64,000 nucleotides of DNA from an uncultured Acidimicrobiia bacterium (GCA_963836205.1 CAWIIV010000015.1:96001-160000); one strand, 5' to 3'; positions 9,496-19,843 are shown, counted from the stretch's first letter. The notes: a model not told the origin generated them from the letters alone. Numbers and translations: made by a program.

Positions 9496-10440
9496 ATGGG
9501 CTGGTCACCGGATCCTGACGCGCTCCGAGGCCGGGTGGCGGTGGTAGCGGGAGCCACCCGGGGGGCGGGCCGAGGGATCGCCGCCGCCCTGGGCGAGGCG
9601 GGGGCCACGGTCGTCTGCACCGGCCGGACCAGCCGCACCGGTAGGCTCCGGTCCGACTACGACCGGCCCGAGACGATCGAGGACACGGCCGAGATGGTCA
9701 CCGGCCTCGGCGGCACGGGTATCGCCGTCGCCGTCGACCACCTCGATCCCGACCAGGTGCGGGGCCTGGCCGACCGCATCCGCGCCGACCACGGCCACGT
9801 CGACGTGCTCGTCAACGACATCTGGGGCGGCGAGATGCTCAAGGGCGGCCCCGCCGACTGGAACACGCCCCTCTGGGAGCTCGACCTCGACAAGGGCCTG
9901 CGGATACTCCGCCTCGCCGTCGACACCCACCTCGTCACGTCCCATCACCTCCTCCCCCTCCTCGTCGACAAGCCGGGCGGCCTGGTCGTGGAGGTCACCG
10001 ACGGCACCGCCGACCACAACGCCTCCCGCTACCGGATCTCTGTGTTCTACGACCTGGCCAAGGTGGCGGTCGCCCGGCTGGCCTTCTCCCAGGGCCACGA
10101 GCTGGCGCCCCACGGGGCCACCGCAGTGGCCGTCACCCCTGGCTGGCTGCGCTCGGAGATGATGCTCGAAGCGTTCGGGGTCTCGGAGGAGAACTGGCGG
10201 GACTCGCTCCGGGCACCCCCCGGCTTCGCCGTCTCCGAGTCCCCCCGGTACGTGGGACGGGCGGTGGCCGCCCTGGCCGCCGACCCCGACCGGGCCCGGT
10301 GGAACCAGAAGTCGGTCGACTCCGGCCACCTCGCCCGCGTCTACGGCTTCACCGACATCGACGGCTCGCAGCCCGACGCCTGGCGGTACGTGGAGGCCTC
10401 CGAGCTCGACCCCGCCACCGACCCCGCCGACTACCGGTAG
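9496..10440 (+). CDS. SDR-family oxidoreductase
   Basis: AGATRGAGRG, VLVND, YDLAK. Confidence 0.9.
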   Translation: MGWSPDPDALRGRVAVVAGATRGAGRGIAAALGEAGATVVCTGRTSRTGRLRSDYDRPETIEDTAEMVTGLGGTGIAVAVDHLDPDQVRGLADRIRADHGHVDVLVNDIWGGEMLKGGPADWNTPLWELDLDKGLRILRLAVDTHLVTSHHLLPLLVDKPGGLVVEVTDGTADHNASRYRISVFYDLAKVAVARLAFSQGHELAPHGATAVAVTPGWLRSEMMLEAFGVSEENWRDSLRAPPGFAVSESPRYVGRAVAALAADPDRARWNQKSVDSGHLARVYGFTDIDGSQPDAWRYVEASELDPATDPADYR

Positions 10441-10529
10441 CGCCGGCCCGCCCTACGACTTTCGGCGGAGGCGAAAACCGGTCCCCCGCCCGATGCGCCC
10501 CGATGGTCTAGTCCGTCATCGTCGAGGGC

Positions 10530-11258
10530 ATGACAACCACCGACCGCCACCAGCCCGTCGCCCTCGTCACCGGTGCCTCCCGGGGGCTGGGCCTGGCCCT
10601 CGCCCGGGCCCTCGCCGCCGGCGGATGGGCGCTCGTGATCGACGCCCGGGGCGGGGCCGCCCTCCGGGCCGCGGCCCGGGAGCTCTCCGAGGTCACCACG
10701 GTCCGGGCGGTGGCGGGCGACGTCGCCGACGAGGCCCACCGCCGCGACCTGGTCGCCGCCGCCCACGACCTGGGCGGGCTCGACGCCCTCGTCCACAACG
10801 CCAGCGTCCTCGGCCCCAGCCCCCAGCCGGCACTGGCCGACTACCCCCTGGCCGTCCTCGAGTACGTGTACGCGGCCAACGTCTTCGGACCCCTGCGGCT
10901 GACGCAACTGGCCCTGCCCGAGCTCCAGACCGACTCCGCCATCGTGTCGATCACCTCCGACGCCGCCGTCGAGCCCTACGAGGGATGGGGAGGCTACGGG
11001 TCGTCGAAGGCGGCGTTGGAGCAGCTCACCAACATCCTCGCCGCCGAGCAGCCACACCTGCGGGTCTACCGCGTCGACCCGGGCGACATGAACACCCAGA
11101 TGCACGCCGAGGCCTTCCCCGGGGAGGACATCTCCGACCGGCCGCCGCCCGAGGACAGCGTCCCCGGTTTGGTGCGGCTCATCACCGGCTCCCTGCCCAG
11201 CGGCCGCTACCAGGCCCGGGCCCTCGCCCCGAGCCCCGTCGTGGCCGCGAGGGGGTGA
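10530..11258 (+). CDS. SDR-family oxidoreductase
   Basis: TGASRGLG, HNAS, YGSSK. Confidence 0.92.
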   Translation: MTTTDRHQPVALVTGASRGLGLALARALAAGGWALVIDARGGAALRAAARELSEVTTVRAVAGDVADEAHRRDLVAAAHDLGGLDALVHNASVLGPSPQPALADYPLAVLEYVYAANVFGPLRLTQLALPELQTDSAIVSITSDAAVEPYEGWGGYGSSKAALEQLTNILAAEQPHLRVYRVDPGDMNTQMHAEAFPGEDISDRPPPEDSVPGLVRLITGSLPSGRYQARALAPSPVVAARG

Positions 11259-12352
11259 CGGCCGTGCTCGCCGCCACCCTGCCGCAGGCCCCAGGGCGCC
11301 CGGCCGACGTCCTCCCTGTCGACTTCGTGCTTCCCGACGACCTCATTGCCACCGAGCCGGTCGAGTCCTCCGGTGGCGGGCGGGCGGACGCCCGTCTCAT
11401 GGTCGCCCACCGCTCCGACGACCGCCTCGTCCACACCACCTTCGGCCACCTGGGCGACTTCCTCGACCCGGGCGACCTGCTGGTGGTCAACACGTCGGCC
11501 ACCCTGCCGGCGGCGGTGCCCACCGTCGGAAGCGACGACGGGCTGCTCGTCCACCTCTCGACCGAGCTCCCCGGCGGACTGTGGCTGGTGGAGCTGCGCC
11601 GGCCGGTCGGTGCCGGCAGCCGGCCGTACGCCGGCGACACCGACGTCGGCCGCACTCTGGCCCTCCCCGGCGGCGCATCGGCCGACCTGCTCGCTCCCTA
11701 CCCCGCCGGCGGACCGCCCGCCCGGCTGTGGTTCGCCGTCCTCCGGCTCCCAGACCCGGTGCCCGCCTACCTGGCCCGCCACGGGCGACCGATCCGCTAC
11801 GGCTACGTCCACCGCCCCTTCCCCATCGCCGCCTACCAGACGGTCTTCGCCCAGGAGCCGGGCAGCGCGGAGATGCCGAGCGCGGGACGGCCGTTCACCG
11901 CCGCCCTGGTCGCCGACCTCGTGAGCCGGGGGATCGGCGTGAGCCCGATCGTGCTCCACACAGGTGTGTCGTCGGCCGAGCCGGGCGAGATGCCGTACCC
12001 CGAGCGCTACCGGGTTCCTGCGGAGACCGCCGAGCGGGTCAACGCCGCCCACGCCGCCGGCCACCGGGTCGTGGCCGTCGGCACCACCGTCACCCGGGCC
12101 CTGGAGACGGCGGCCGACGAGCGCGGCCGGGTCCACCCGGCCGAGGGATGGACCGAGCTGGTGGTCACCCCCGAGCGGGGGACGAGGGTGGTCGACGGGC
12201 TCGTCACCGGTTGGCACCCGCCTGCCGGCTCCCACCTCCTGCTGGTGGAGGCGGTCGCGGGACGGGCGGCGGTGGAGCGCAGCTACGCGGCCGCGGTCGA
12301 CGGTCGCTACCGGTGGCACGAGTTCGGCGACGTGCACCTGGTCCTGCCGTAG
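11255..12352 (+). CDS. queA: QueA-family SAM:tRNA ribosyltransferase-isomerase-like protein
   Basis: LPDDLIA.EP, GDLLVVN, YQTVFA..PGS, VAVGTTV.RALE; catalytic-region motifs are divergent. Confidence 0.8.
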   Translation: MTAVLAATLPQAPGRPADVLPVDFVLPDDLIATEPVESSGGGRADARLMVAHRSDDRLVHTTFGHLGDFLDPGDLLVVNTSATLPAAVPTVGSDDGLLVHLSTELPGGLWLVELRRPVGAGSRPYAGDTDVGRTLALPGGASADLLAPYPAGGPPARLWFAVLRLPDPVPAYLARHGRPIRYGYVHRPFPIAAYQTVFAQEPGSAEMPSAGRPFTAALVADLVSRGIGVSPIVLHTGVSSAEPGEMPYPERYRVPAETAERVNAAHAAGHRVVAVGTTVTRALETAADERGRVHPAEGWTELVVTPERGTRVVDGLVTGWHPPAGSHLLLVEAVAGRAAVERSYAAAVDGRYRWHEFGDVHLVLP

Positions 12353-12369
12353 GTCCATAGGATGAGGGG

Positions 12370-12882
12370 GTGAAGTTCCGGCTCGAACAGCATTTCCCCG
12401 CGTCCGTCGAGGAGGTCGGGGAGGCCTTCATCGACCCCGACCTCTTCGCCCACCTCCACGAGTGCGCCGACCTCGGCCGGCCCGAGCTGCTCGAGAAGGC
12501 GGAGGACGAGGACGGCAACGTCCACCTCCAGGTGCGCTACGCCTTCACCGGCGAGCTCGGTCCCTCGTTGTCGGCCTTCGTGGAACCGGCCCGGATCACG
12601 TGGGTCGAGGTGTCGACGGTCGACCCCGCCACCCACAGCACCACCTTCCACATCGTCGCCGACCACTACCCCGACCGGCTCCGCTGCCAGGGCACGGTCC
12701 AGTTGTTCGACGACGGCGAGGGGGGCACCATCCGGGTGGGCGCGGGCAAGCTCGAGATCAAGATCCCGCTGGTGGGGGGCAAGGTCGAACGGGCGGTGGT
12801 CGAGAGCCTCGAGGAGCAGGCGGCCACCCAGGCCGAGGTGGTCGGCGAGTGGCTCGTCAGCCGCCGTCAGGCTCAGGCCTGA
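12370..12882 (+). CDS. DUF2505-family (START/SRPBCC-like) protein
   Basis: LEIKIPLVGGKVERAV motif. Confidence 0.75.
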   Translation: MKFRLEQHFPASVEEVGEAFIDPDLFAHLHECADLGRPELLEKAEDEDGNVHLQVRYAFTGELGPSLSAFVEPARITWVEVSTVDPATHSTTFHIVADHYPDRLRCQGTVQLFDDGEGGTIRVGAGKLEIKIPLVGGKVERAVVESLEEQAATQAEVVGEWLVSRRQAQA

Positions 12883-13387
12883 GGTCGCCCTCGGGCTCGG
12901 GCGGGCAGCGGCCGGCGGCTCGTTCCTCCTCCCGGAACCGCAGCAGGTGGTCGCGCACGGCCTCGCTGATCGCCCGCAGCTGAGCCACCTGGTCGTCGCT
13001 CAGGCGGTCGAAGAGGTGGTTGCGCACGCCCTCCACGTGGCCCGGCGCCGCCGCCGCCAGGGCCTCGAACCCCTTGTCGGTGAGGACGGCCATCGATCCC
13101 CGCCGGTCGGTGACGCACGTCTCCCGGCGCACCCATCCCGTCTCCTCCAGCCGGGCCACGGCGTGGGAGATCCGGCTGCGAGACGACTGCGACCGCTCGG
13201 CCAACTGGCTCATGCGCAAGGTGCGGTCGGGCGCCTCCGACAGCCGCACGAGGATCTCGTAGTAGCCGTGGGGAATGCCGGCGTCGCGTTGCAACTCGTG
13301 GTCGAGCGTCTCGAAGAGAAGTTGGTTGACGTCGAGGAACGCCCGCCACGTCCGCTGCTCGTCGTTGCTCAGCCAGCGGGGTCCCAT
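12857..13387 (-). CDS. MarR-family regulator
   Basis: WL...EQRTWRAFL, LRMSQLA, SRISHAVARLE, DRRG. Confidence 0.92.
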   Translation of the reverse strand: MGPRWLSNDEQRTWRAFLDVNQLLFETLDHELQRDAGIPHGYYEILVRLSEAPDRTLRMSQLAERSQSSRSRISHAVARLEETGWVRRETCVTDRRGSMAVLTDKGFEALAAAAPGHVEGVRNHLFDRLSDDQVAQLRAISEAVRDHLLRFREEERAAGRCPPEPEGDLRPEPDGG

Positions 13388-13484
13388 GACCCCAGACTAT
13401 TGGTCCGGCCGTCTTCCGGTGCCGTGGGAATAGTTGATCGCTCAAGTTGTTGATCGGGACCCCACCAGCGAGAGGGAGCCGTCG

Positions 13485-13979
13485 ATGCCCATCACCCGCC
13501 TCAACCACGCCGTGCTGTACGTCCGCGACGTCGCCCGCAGCGTGGCGTTCTACACCGAGGTCCTCGGGTTCCGGCGCCTGCCCATGACGCCCGTCGGTTC
13601 GGGCGCCGCCTTCCTCCAGGCCCCCGGGTCCACCAACGACCACGACATCGGGTTGTTCGAGATCGGCTCCGGTGCGGGGCCGTCGCTGGCCGGACGGTCC
13701 ACCGTCGGCCTCTACCACCTGGCCTGGGAGGTCGACACCCTGGCCGAGTTGGAGCGGCTGGCCGGCGTGCTCCAGGCCCGGGGGGCGCTGGTGGGAGCCA
13801 GCGACCACGGCACCACCAAGAGCCTCTACGCCAAGGATCCCGACGGCCTCGAGTTCGAGGTGGCGTGGATCGTGCCCGCCGATCGCCTCGACGACGGCAC
13901 CCGGGGCGGGCGCGTCGGCCGCCTCGACCTGGCCCGGGAGATCGAGCGCTACGGGGCCGCGACCGTCGGCGGAATCTGA
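13485..13979 (+). CDS. VOC/glyoxalase-family protein
   Basis: LNHAVLYVRD, GLYHLAW, SLYAKDPDGLEFE. Confidence 0.9.
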   Translation: MPITRLNHAVLYVRDVARSVAFYTEVLGFRRLPMTPVGSGAAFLQAPGSTNDHDIGLFEIGSGAGPSLAGRSTVGLYHLAWEVDTLAELERLAGVLQARGALVGASDHGTTKSLYAKDPDGLEFEVAWIVPADRLDDGTRGGRVGRLDLAREIERYGAATVGGI

Positions 13980-14103
13980 CAGTTCCCTGAACCGGCGCCG
14001 CCCATAGCTGGCCCGCGGCCTCGGCCGCCGGGTAGCTTGGGCCGTCCGCCCCCCGTCGTCTGACTTCGTCCGACACCGGGGAAACGCCGGCCCCCGGAGG
14101 TCG

Positions 14104-15093
14104 ATGACCGCTCCGCCCCGACGTTCGATAGTGGTCACGACCTTGCTCACAGTCCTCGCGCTCGTCGTCGGGACCATCGGTGCCGTCGGTGCCGGCGCGG
14201 ACGAGATCGGCGACAAGCAGGCGGAGGCGGAGATCGTCGCCGGGCGGCTGGCCGACCAGGCCCGGGCCATCGTCGCCCTCGACAAGGAGCACCGCTCCGC
14301 CCAGGACCGCCTGGCCCAGTCCGAGGTCGCCCTCGACCAGGCGGAGGCCGAGCTGGTGGGCGCGTCGAAGCGCCAGGAGGACGCCCGGCTGCTGCTCGTC
14401 GCCCACGCCCAGGCCGCCTATGTCAGCGGCGGGTCGGTGTCGTTCGTGGGCAACCTGGCCAACGGGGCCGCCCCCGACGGTGTCGCCCGCAACACCTACC
14501 TGCGCCTGGTCACGGGCGAGGACCGCCAGGCGGTGGGCCGGATGCGGGCCGCCCGGGAGGACCTCGAGATCCGGCGGGGCCAGCTCGACGACGTCCGCCG
14601 GCGGGCGTCCGACCAGGCCGACACCGTCTCCGCCGACCTGGAGGAGCTCGAGCACGCCATGAACGCCCAGCGGGCGCAGGTGGCCCGGGTCGACGGCGAG
14701 CTGGCCACCCTGGTGTCGGCGGAGCAGGCCCGGGCCGCGGAGGTCGCCCGCCAGGAGCAGGCCCGGCGGGACGCGGAGGCGGCCGCCGCTCGAGCGGTTC
14801 CCACGACTGCCGGCGGCGGCACCGTGCTGGCGGCGGCGACGGAGCCCGCGCCCGGGCCGGCGCTGTCGATGGAAGAGGCCTTCGCCTGCATCCGTCAGCT
14901 GGAGTCGGGCAACAACTACTCCTCCCCCAGCGGCGGCGCCTACCAGTTCCTGGACGAGACCTGGCAGTCGCTCGGCTACTCGGGCGCGGCCGAGGACCAT
15001 CCCCCGGCGGCGCAGGACGAGGGCGCCCGCCGCCTCCAGGCCCGCAGCGGCTGGAGCCAGTGGTCGGTCGCCCCGTTGTGCGGTCTCATCTGA
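14104..15093 (+). CDS. Secreted coiled-coil protein with C-terminal Rpf-like transglycosylase domain
   Basis: Signal peptide, long coiled coil, CIRQLESGNNY...GAYQF..TW...QW. Confidence 0.85.
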   Translation: MTAPPRRSIVVTTLLTVLALVVGTIGAVGAGADEIGDKQAEAEIVAGRLADQARAIVALDKEHRSAQDRLAQSEVALDQAEAELVGASKRQEDARLLLVAHAQAAYVSGGSVSFVGNLANGAAPDGVARNTYLRLVTGEDRQAVGRMRAAREDLEIRRGQLDDVRRRASDQADTVSADLEELEHAMNAQRAQVARVDGELATLVSAEQARAAEVARQEQARRDAEAAAARAVPTTAGGGTVLAAATEPAPGPALSMEEAFACIRQLESGNNYSSPSGGAYQFLDETWQSLGYSGAAEDHPPAAQDEGARRLQARSGWSQWSVAPLCGLI

Positions 15094-15176
15094 CGCGGCC
15101 CGCCACGAACTGGTGACACTGAAGGCGCCCACACGACCCTGACCGTCACCAGTTGGCGGCGGCCGAACCCGGACGG

Positions 15177-15416
15177 CTACCGCTTGTGCTTGCCCCGGCC
15201 CGTCCGCCAGAGCAGCAGCCGGTCCACGGCCGCGCCGAGGACGGCGGTGATGGCCAGGACCGCGATGAGGGGAGCCCGCACGTCGCCGAAGACGTAGCCG
15301 ATCCGCACCGACTGGCCGTTGTCGACCAGCAGCGCGAGCAGCACCACCACCGCCAGCACCAGGCCGACGATGCGCACGATCTCCCGGTTGTCCCTCGGCT
15401 TGTCCCCGTCCGCCAC
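15177..15416 (-). CDS. Small LapA/DUF1049-like membrane protein
   Basis: Two TM helices flanking DNGQSVRIGY..GD. Confidence 0.6.
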   Translation of the reverse strand: MADGDKPRDNREIVRIVGLVLAVVVLLALLVDNGQSVRIGYVFGDVRAPLIAVLAITAVLGAAVDRLLLWRTGRGKHKR

Positions 15417-15448
15417 GACGGCGAACGTAGCCCACCGCCCGGCGGCCG

Positions 15449-16726
15449 TCACCAGTCGGGCTTGGCGTCGCCTTCGTCGAGGCCGATGATCACCCGGTTG
15501 GCCCGGTCCCAGGTGACGTAGTTCCAGGCCCAGCTGGTGAGCACCGAGGCCCGGTTGTGAAATCCGACCAGGTACACCAGGTGCAGCACCAGCCACGCCA
15601 GCCACCCGAGGGTGCCGTCGACGCGCAGGCCGAGGGGCAGCTCGGCCACTGCCGACCGGCGGCCGATCGTGGCCATGATCCCCTTGTCCTTGTAGTGGAA
15701 GGGCCGGGTGGGACGACCCTTCATGTGGGCGGCGATGTTCTTGGCCGCCCGCCTACCCCCCTGCATCGCCACCTGCGCCACCTGGGGCAGGGGCTGGCCG
15801 TTCTTGCCCGCCGACCCGGCCAGGTCGCCGATGGCGAACACCTCCGGGTGCCCGGGGACCGACAGGTCGGGCAGCACCGTGACCTGGCCGCCGCGCCCCT
15901 GCTCCACGCCCAGGGCATCGGCCACGGGGCCGGCCCGCACGCCCGCCACCCACACCGCAGTAGCCGTCGGGATGAAGGAGCCGTCGGCGAGGTGGACACC
16001 GTCGGCCGTCACCGACGCCACCACCGAGCCCAGCCGCACCTCGACGCCCCGTGACTCCAGGACCTGGCGGGCGTGCTGCTGCGACGTCACCGAGAACCCG
16101 TGCAGGAGGTGATCGGCCATCTCCACCAGCACCACCCGGGCCCGTCCCAGACCGGAGCCGGCGTAGTCCTTGGCCAGCACGACGTGGAAGAGCTCGACGA
16201 AGGCGCCGGCCAGCTCCACGCCCGTGGGCCCGCCACCAGCGATGACCACCGTGAGCGCGCCCTTGTCGACCAGGGACGGGTCGCGGGCGGCCCGCTCGAA
16301 CTGGCGCAGGACGTGGTCGCGCAGGCGCACCGCCGCGGGCAGGGTCTTGAGGGTAAAGGCGTGGTCGGCCACACCGGGCACGCCGAAGTCGGCCGGCACC
16401 GTCCCCGCGGCCAGCACCAGGTAGTCGTAGGAAAGCCGGCGGCCGTCGTCGAGCTCGACCAGGCGGCCGTCGAGGTCGACCGACTCCACCACTGCCATCG
16501 TGACCTGCACGTTCGACTCGTCCCGGACGATCGAGCGCACGCTGTGGGCGATGTCGTCGGCCGACAGCCCGGCCGTGGCCACCTGGTAGAGGAGGGGCCA
16601 GAAGCCGTGGTAGTTGTTCCGGTCGACGAGGGTGACGTCGACGGGGAGCCCGGCCAGCGCCCGAGTGGTGCTCAGTCCGCCGAAGCCCGCTCCCACGATG
16701 ACGACGCGGGGTCGTGTCGGTCCCAT
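15449..16726 (-). CDS. ndh: Type II NADH dehydrogenase
   Basis: GAGFGG, PLLYQVAT, GGGPTGVELAG, IGD, YKDKG.MATIG. Confidence 0.9.
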   Translation of the reverse strand: MGPTRPRVVIVGAGFGGLSTTRALAGLPVDVTLVDRNNYHGFWPLLYQVATAGLSADDIAHSVRSIVRDESNVQVTMAVVESVDLDGRLVELDDGRRLSYDYLVLAAGTVPADFGVPGVADHAFTLKTLPAAVRLRDHVLRQFERAARDPSLVDKGALTVVIAGGGPTGVELAGAFVELFHVVLAKDYAGSGLGRARVVLVEMADHLLHGFSVTSQQHARQVLESRGVEVRLGSVVASVTADGVHLADGSFIPTATAVWVAGVRAGPVADALGVEQGRGGQVTVLPDLSVPGHPEVFAIGDLAGSAGKNGQPLPQVAQVAMQGGRRAAKNIAAHMKGRPTRPFHYKDKGIMATIGRRSAVAELPLGLRVDGTLGWLAWLVLHLVYLVGFHNRASVLTSWAWNYVTWDRANRVIIGLDEGDAKPDW

Positions 16727-17043
16727 GAGGATCGATCATCCCCCACCGACCCCCCGGTTTTCGACCTGGCCGCCAGTGCCGGGTGGTGGACGCAGGCCAG
16801 CCACAGGCAGAGCGCCGACTGGGCCAGCACCGCCGGGGCCAGCGCGGGCGACGGCCCGACCGCCCCGCTGGCCGCCGCCCACCGCCGGGAGGCGAAGGCG
16901 AAGTCGAGCAGCCACGCCGACCCATCGGGCAGTGGTGATTCGCATTCGAAGTCCACCCCGGTGGGTGTCCGCTCCACCTTCGGCATCGCACCTGGGAGAT
17001 CCCTCGCCGCCTGGACGACGGGTGGGAACCGTAGGATGCGGCC

Positions 17044-17556
17044 GTGGGGCTGCTCGAAGGCGCACTTGTCCGCCTGCGGCTGGGCACCAGGGACGACGTC
17101 CCCGAATTGGTCCGCATCCGGGCCACGCCCGAGGTCTACGCCCGGTGGCGGGGCGGCGACGACCTGCTGGCGTCGGTGGAGGAGGACTTCGACGACCCCG
17201 ACCTGGTCGGCTACGTCATCGAGCTCGACGGTCGGATCGTCGGCTGGATCCAGTGGGAGGCGGACGAGACGCCCGACTACCGCCACGCCAGCATCGACAT
17301 CTTCGTCGATCCTGACGTGCACGGGCGGGGCGTCGGCACCGACGCCGTCCGCACCCTCGCCCGCCACCTGCTCCGCGTCCACGGCCACCACCGGCTGGTC
17401 ATCGACCCCGCGGCCGACAACGAGCCCGCCATCCGGGCCTACGCCAAGGTCGGGTTCCGGCCCGTCGGGATCATGCGCCAGTACGAGAAGGGTCCCGATG
17501 GCACCTGGCACGACGGCCTGCTCATGGACCTCCTAGCCGACGAGTTGGTGGAGTAG
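17044..17556 (+). CDS. GNAT acetyltransferase (AAC(6')-like)
   Basis: HASIDIF, HGRGVG, IDPAADNEPAIRAYAKVGF. Confidence 0.85.
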   Translation: MGLLEGALVRLRLGTRDDVPELVRIRATPEVYARWRGGDDLLASVEEDFDDPDLVGYVIELDGRIVGWIQWEADETPDYRHASIDIFVDPDVHGRGVGTDAVRTLARHLLRVHGHHRLVIDPAADNEPAIRAYAKVGFRPVGIMRQYEKGPDGTWHDGLLMDLLADELVE

Positions 17557-17618
17557 CCACGGGGGTCGTCGCCGATCGGCGCTCCACCGCCACTGGGGAC
17601 CGTGCCTAGCCTTGACGC

Positions 17619-18371
17619 ATGCACGTCGTCGGCTTGTGGCGCTACCCGGTGAAGTCCATGCAGGGCGAGGCCCTGAGCGCGGTCGAGTTGGGGATCTCCG
17701 GAGTCGCCGGCGACCGCCGCTACGGCGTACAGGTCGAGGAGTCCGGGCGGATCCTGTCGGCCAAGCGCGACGGGCGCCTCCTCACGGCTCGGGCGGCGAC
17801 CGACGACCCGGTGCGGATCTCCCTTCCGAACGGTGACGTCCTCGACCGCCCGGGACCGTCCACCGACCGCGCCCTCAGCGCTTGGCTGGAGCGATCGGTG
17901 CACCTGGTCGAAGCTGGCAACCAGGAGGCCCCGACCTTCGAGAGGCAGGCCGACGACCTCGACGACGCATCAGCCAGCGTCTCCTGGCAGGGGCGGCCCG
18001 GGGCTCTCGTCGATTCCAGTCCGGTGCACCTGCTCACGACTGCCAGCCTCCGGGCCATGACCGCCCAGCGGCCCGACCTCGACTGGAGCGCGGCCCGCTT
18101 TCGACCCAATTTTCTCGTCGACGTCGCCGGGGATGAGCGCGTCGAGGACGCCTGGGTTGGGAGACACTGCACCGTCGGCGACGTGCAGCTCGAGATCCTC
18201 AAGCCTTGCAAACGCTGCGTCATGGTCACCCGCCGCCAGCCGGGAGGTCTCGACCATCAGCTGGGCGTCCTGACCCATCTGTCACGGGTGGCGGACGGCT
18301 GTCTCGGTGTCCTGGCGCGGGTGGAACGGCCGGGAACCGTCGCCCTCGGCGCGCTGGTGTCGCTCGACTGA
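17619..18371 (+). CDS. MOSC-domain protein
   Basis: RYPVKSMQGE, GDR, RFRPN, PCKRC. Confidence 0.9.
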   Translation: MHVVGLWRYPVKSMQGEALSAVELGISGVAGDRRYGVQVEESGRILSAKRDGRLLTARAATDDPVRISLPNGDVLDRPGPSTDRALSAWLERSVHLVEAGNQEAPTFERQADDLDDASASVSWQGRPGALVDSSPVHLLTTASLRAMTAQRPDLDWSAARFRPNFLVDVAGDERVEDAWVGRHCTVGDVQLEILKPCKRCVMVTRRQPGGLDHQLGVLTHLSRVADGCLGVLARVERPGTVALGALVSLD

Positions 18372-18404
18372 GCCCCTGCCCCAAGACAACTGGAAGAGGA
18401 AACC

Positions 18405-19151
18405 ATGACCACGCCAGCCCCGCCGGTCACCGACCACGACGACTTCGAGCGACAGCTCCTCGAGTTGCGCAAGCGCGAGAAGGCACACACCCGCGAGGGC
18501 GACGCGATCGCCGCCGCCCGGCGCCGGCTGCCCATGACAGAGGTGCCGCCCGACACCACCGTCATCGGCCCCGACGGCCCGGTCCCGTTCGGCGATGTCT
18601 TCGAGGGGCGCGACGAGCTGGTCGTCTACAGCCACATGTTCTACGACGGGGAGCCATGGGAGTGGCAGTGCGAGGGCTGCACCAGGAACTCCTGGAACAT
18701 GGGGGACGCCGCCGACGCGGCCTACCTCAACGCCAACGGGATCACCTTCGCCTTCCTCGGCGACGGGCCGTTCGAGGAGATCGCGGCATTCCGCGACTTC
18801 ATGGGCTACACCGCGCCGTGGTACTCCATCGCCCACCTCGACGACCCCACCGTGGGCGTCGCCGGCCGGATTTCCTGCTACCTGCGGCGGGAGGACAAGA
18901 TCTACCTGACGTACTGGACGACCGGCCGGGGCGACGAGGTGATGAGTACCTCGTTCGGGCTGCTCGACAGGACCGCCTACGGACGGCGGGAGGAGTGGGA
19001 GGACTCGCCCGAGGGGTGGCCGCAGTTCCCGACCCACTCCGTCTTGCGCACCGACGAGCACGGTGCGCCGACGGGGCCCAGGAGCGGCGGTCGACCGGTG
19101 CCCCAGTGGACCCGCCCGGGCGTCACGGGGGTCGGCGCACAAACCGGGTAG
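18405..19151 (+). CDS. DUF899-family thioredoxin-like protein
   Basis: EKAHTREGDAIAAARRRLPM, CEGC, LLDRTAYGR.EEWEDSPEGWPQ. Confidence 0.88.
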   Translation: MTTPAPPVTDHDDFERQLLELRKREKAHTREGDAIAAARRRLPMTEVPPDTTVIGPDGPVPFGDVFEGRDELVVYSHMFYDGEPWEWQCEGCTRNSWNMGDAADAAYLNANGITFAFLGDGPFEEIAAFRDFMGYTAPWYSIAHLDDPTVGVAGRISCYLRREDKIYLTYWTTGRGDEVMSTSFGLLDRTAYGRREEWEDSPEGWPQFPTHSVLRTDEHGAPTGPRSGGRPVPQWTRPGVTGVGAQTG

Positions 19152-19186
19152 TGGCGAGCAACCTCGCTACACGTCCGCAGGCTCGG

Positions 19187-19843
19187 TTATCGACGGGTGA
19201 AGGTCACGTGGGTGACACCGCTGGGTGAGGAGACCGCCTCGATCTCGTAGCGCTCCTCGACGCCCTCGATGCCGTCCCACAGGCGAACGCCACGGCCGAG
19301 CAGGATCGGCACCTGCACGACGTGGAGCGTGTCGATGAGGTCGGCGGCGAGGAAGTCGCGGACGACGGTCGGGCCACCGCCGATGCGCACGTCGAGGTCG
19401 CCGGCTGCCTCCCGGGCGAGTTCGAGCGCCTCGTGCGGGTTGGCGTCGACGAAGTGGAACACGGTGCCGCCCTCCATCTCGATCGACGGGCGCGGGTGAT
19501 GCGTGAGCACGAACACCGGGGTGTGGAACGGCGGGTTCGGCCCCCACCAGCCACGCCACTCGTCGTCGGTGCCGACATCGGTCCACGGGCCGGTCTGCGG
19601 GCCGAACTTGCCTCGGCCCATGATCTCGGCACCGAATCCGAGGCCATGGCGTTCGGCGAACGAGTGGTCGACACCCGCAGTGCCACCGGGATCGCCGACC
19701 CTCTCCCGCCAAAACCGGGTGGCGAACATCCACTCGTGCAGGCGTTCCCCGGCGTGACCGAACGGCGCTTCGAACGTGATGCCGTCGCCCGTCCCGAACC
19801 CGTCCAGGGAGATCGAGAAGTTGTGGACACGGACCTGGGACAT
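19187..19843 (-). CDS. Dihydrofolate reductase/RibD C-terminal family protein
   Basis: SISLDGF, IMGR, PVFVLTH, GG, PILLG.G. Confidence 0.88.
   Translation of the reverse strand: MSQVRVHNFSISLDGFGTGDGITFEAPFGHAGERLHEWMFATRFWRERVGDPGGTAGVDHSFAERHGLGFGAEIMGRGKFGPQTGPWTDVGTDDEWRGWWGPNPPFHTPVFVLTHHPRPSIEMEGGTVFHFVDANPHEALELAREAAGDLDVRIGGGPTVVRDFLAADLIDTLHVVQVPILLGRGVRLWDGIEGVEERYEIEAVSSPSGVTHVTFTRR

Noticed and set aside
13980-14103. c-di-AMP (ydaO) riboswitch upstream of the Rpf-like gene
   Set aside because: The expected conserved GAAUC and CCCGUCAGCUAAC motifs are absent.
16672-16987. Possible small minus-strand gene (MPKVERTPTG...)
   Set aside because: No recognisable motif and it overlaps ndh, so it cannot be supported.
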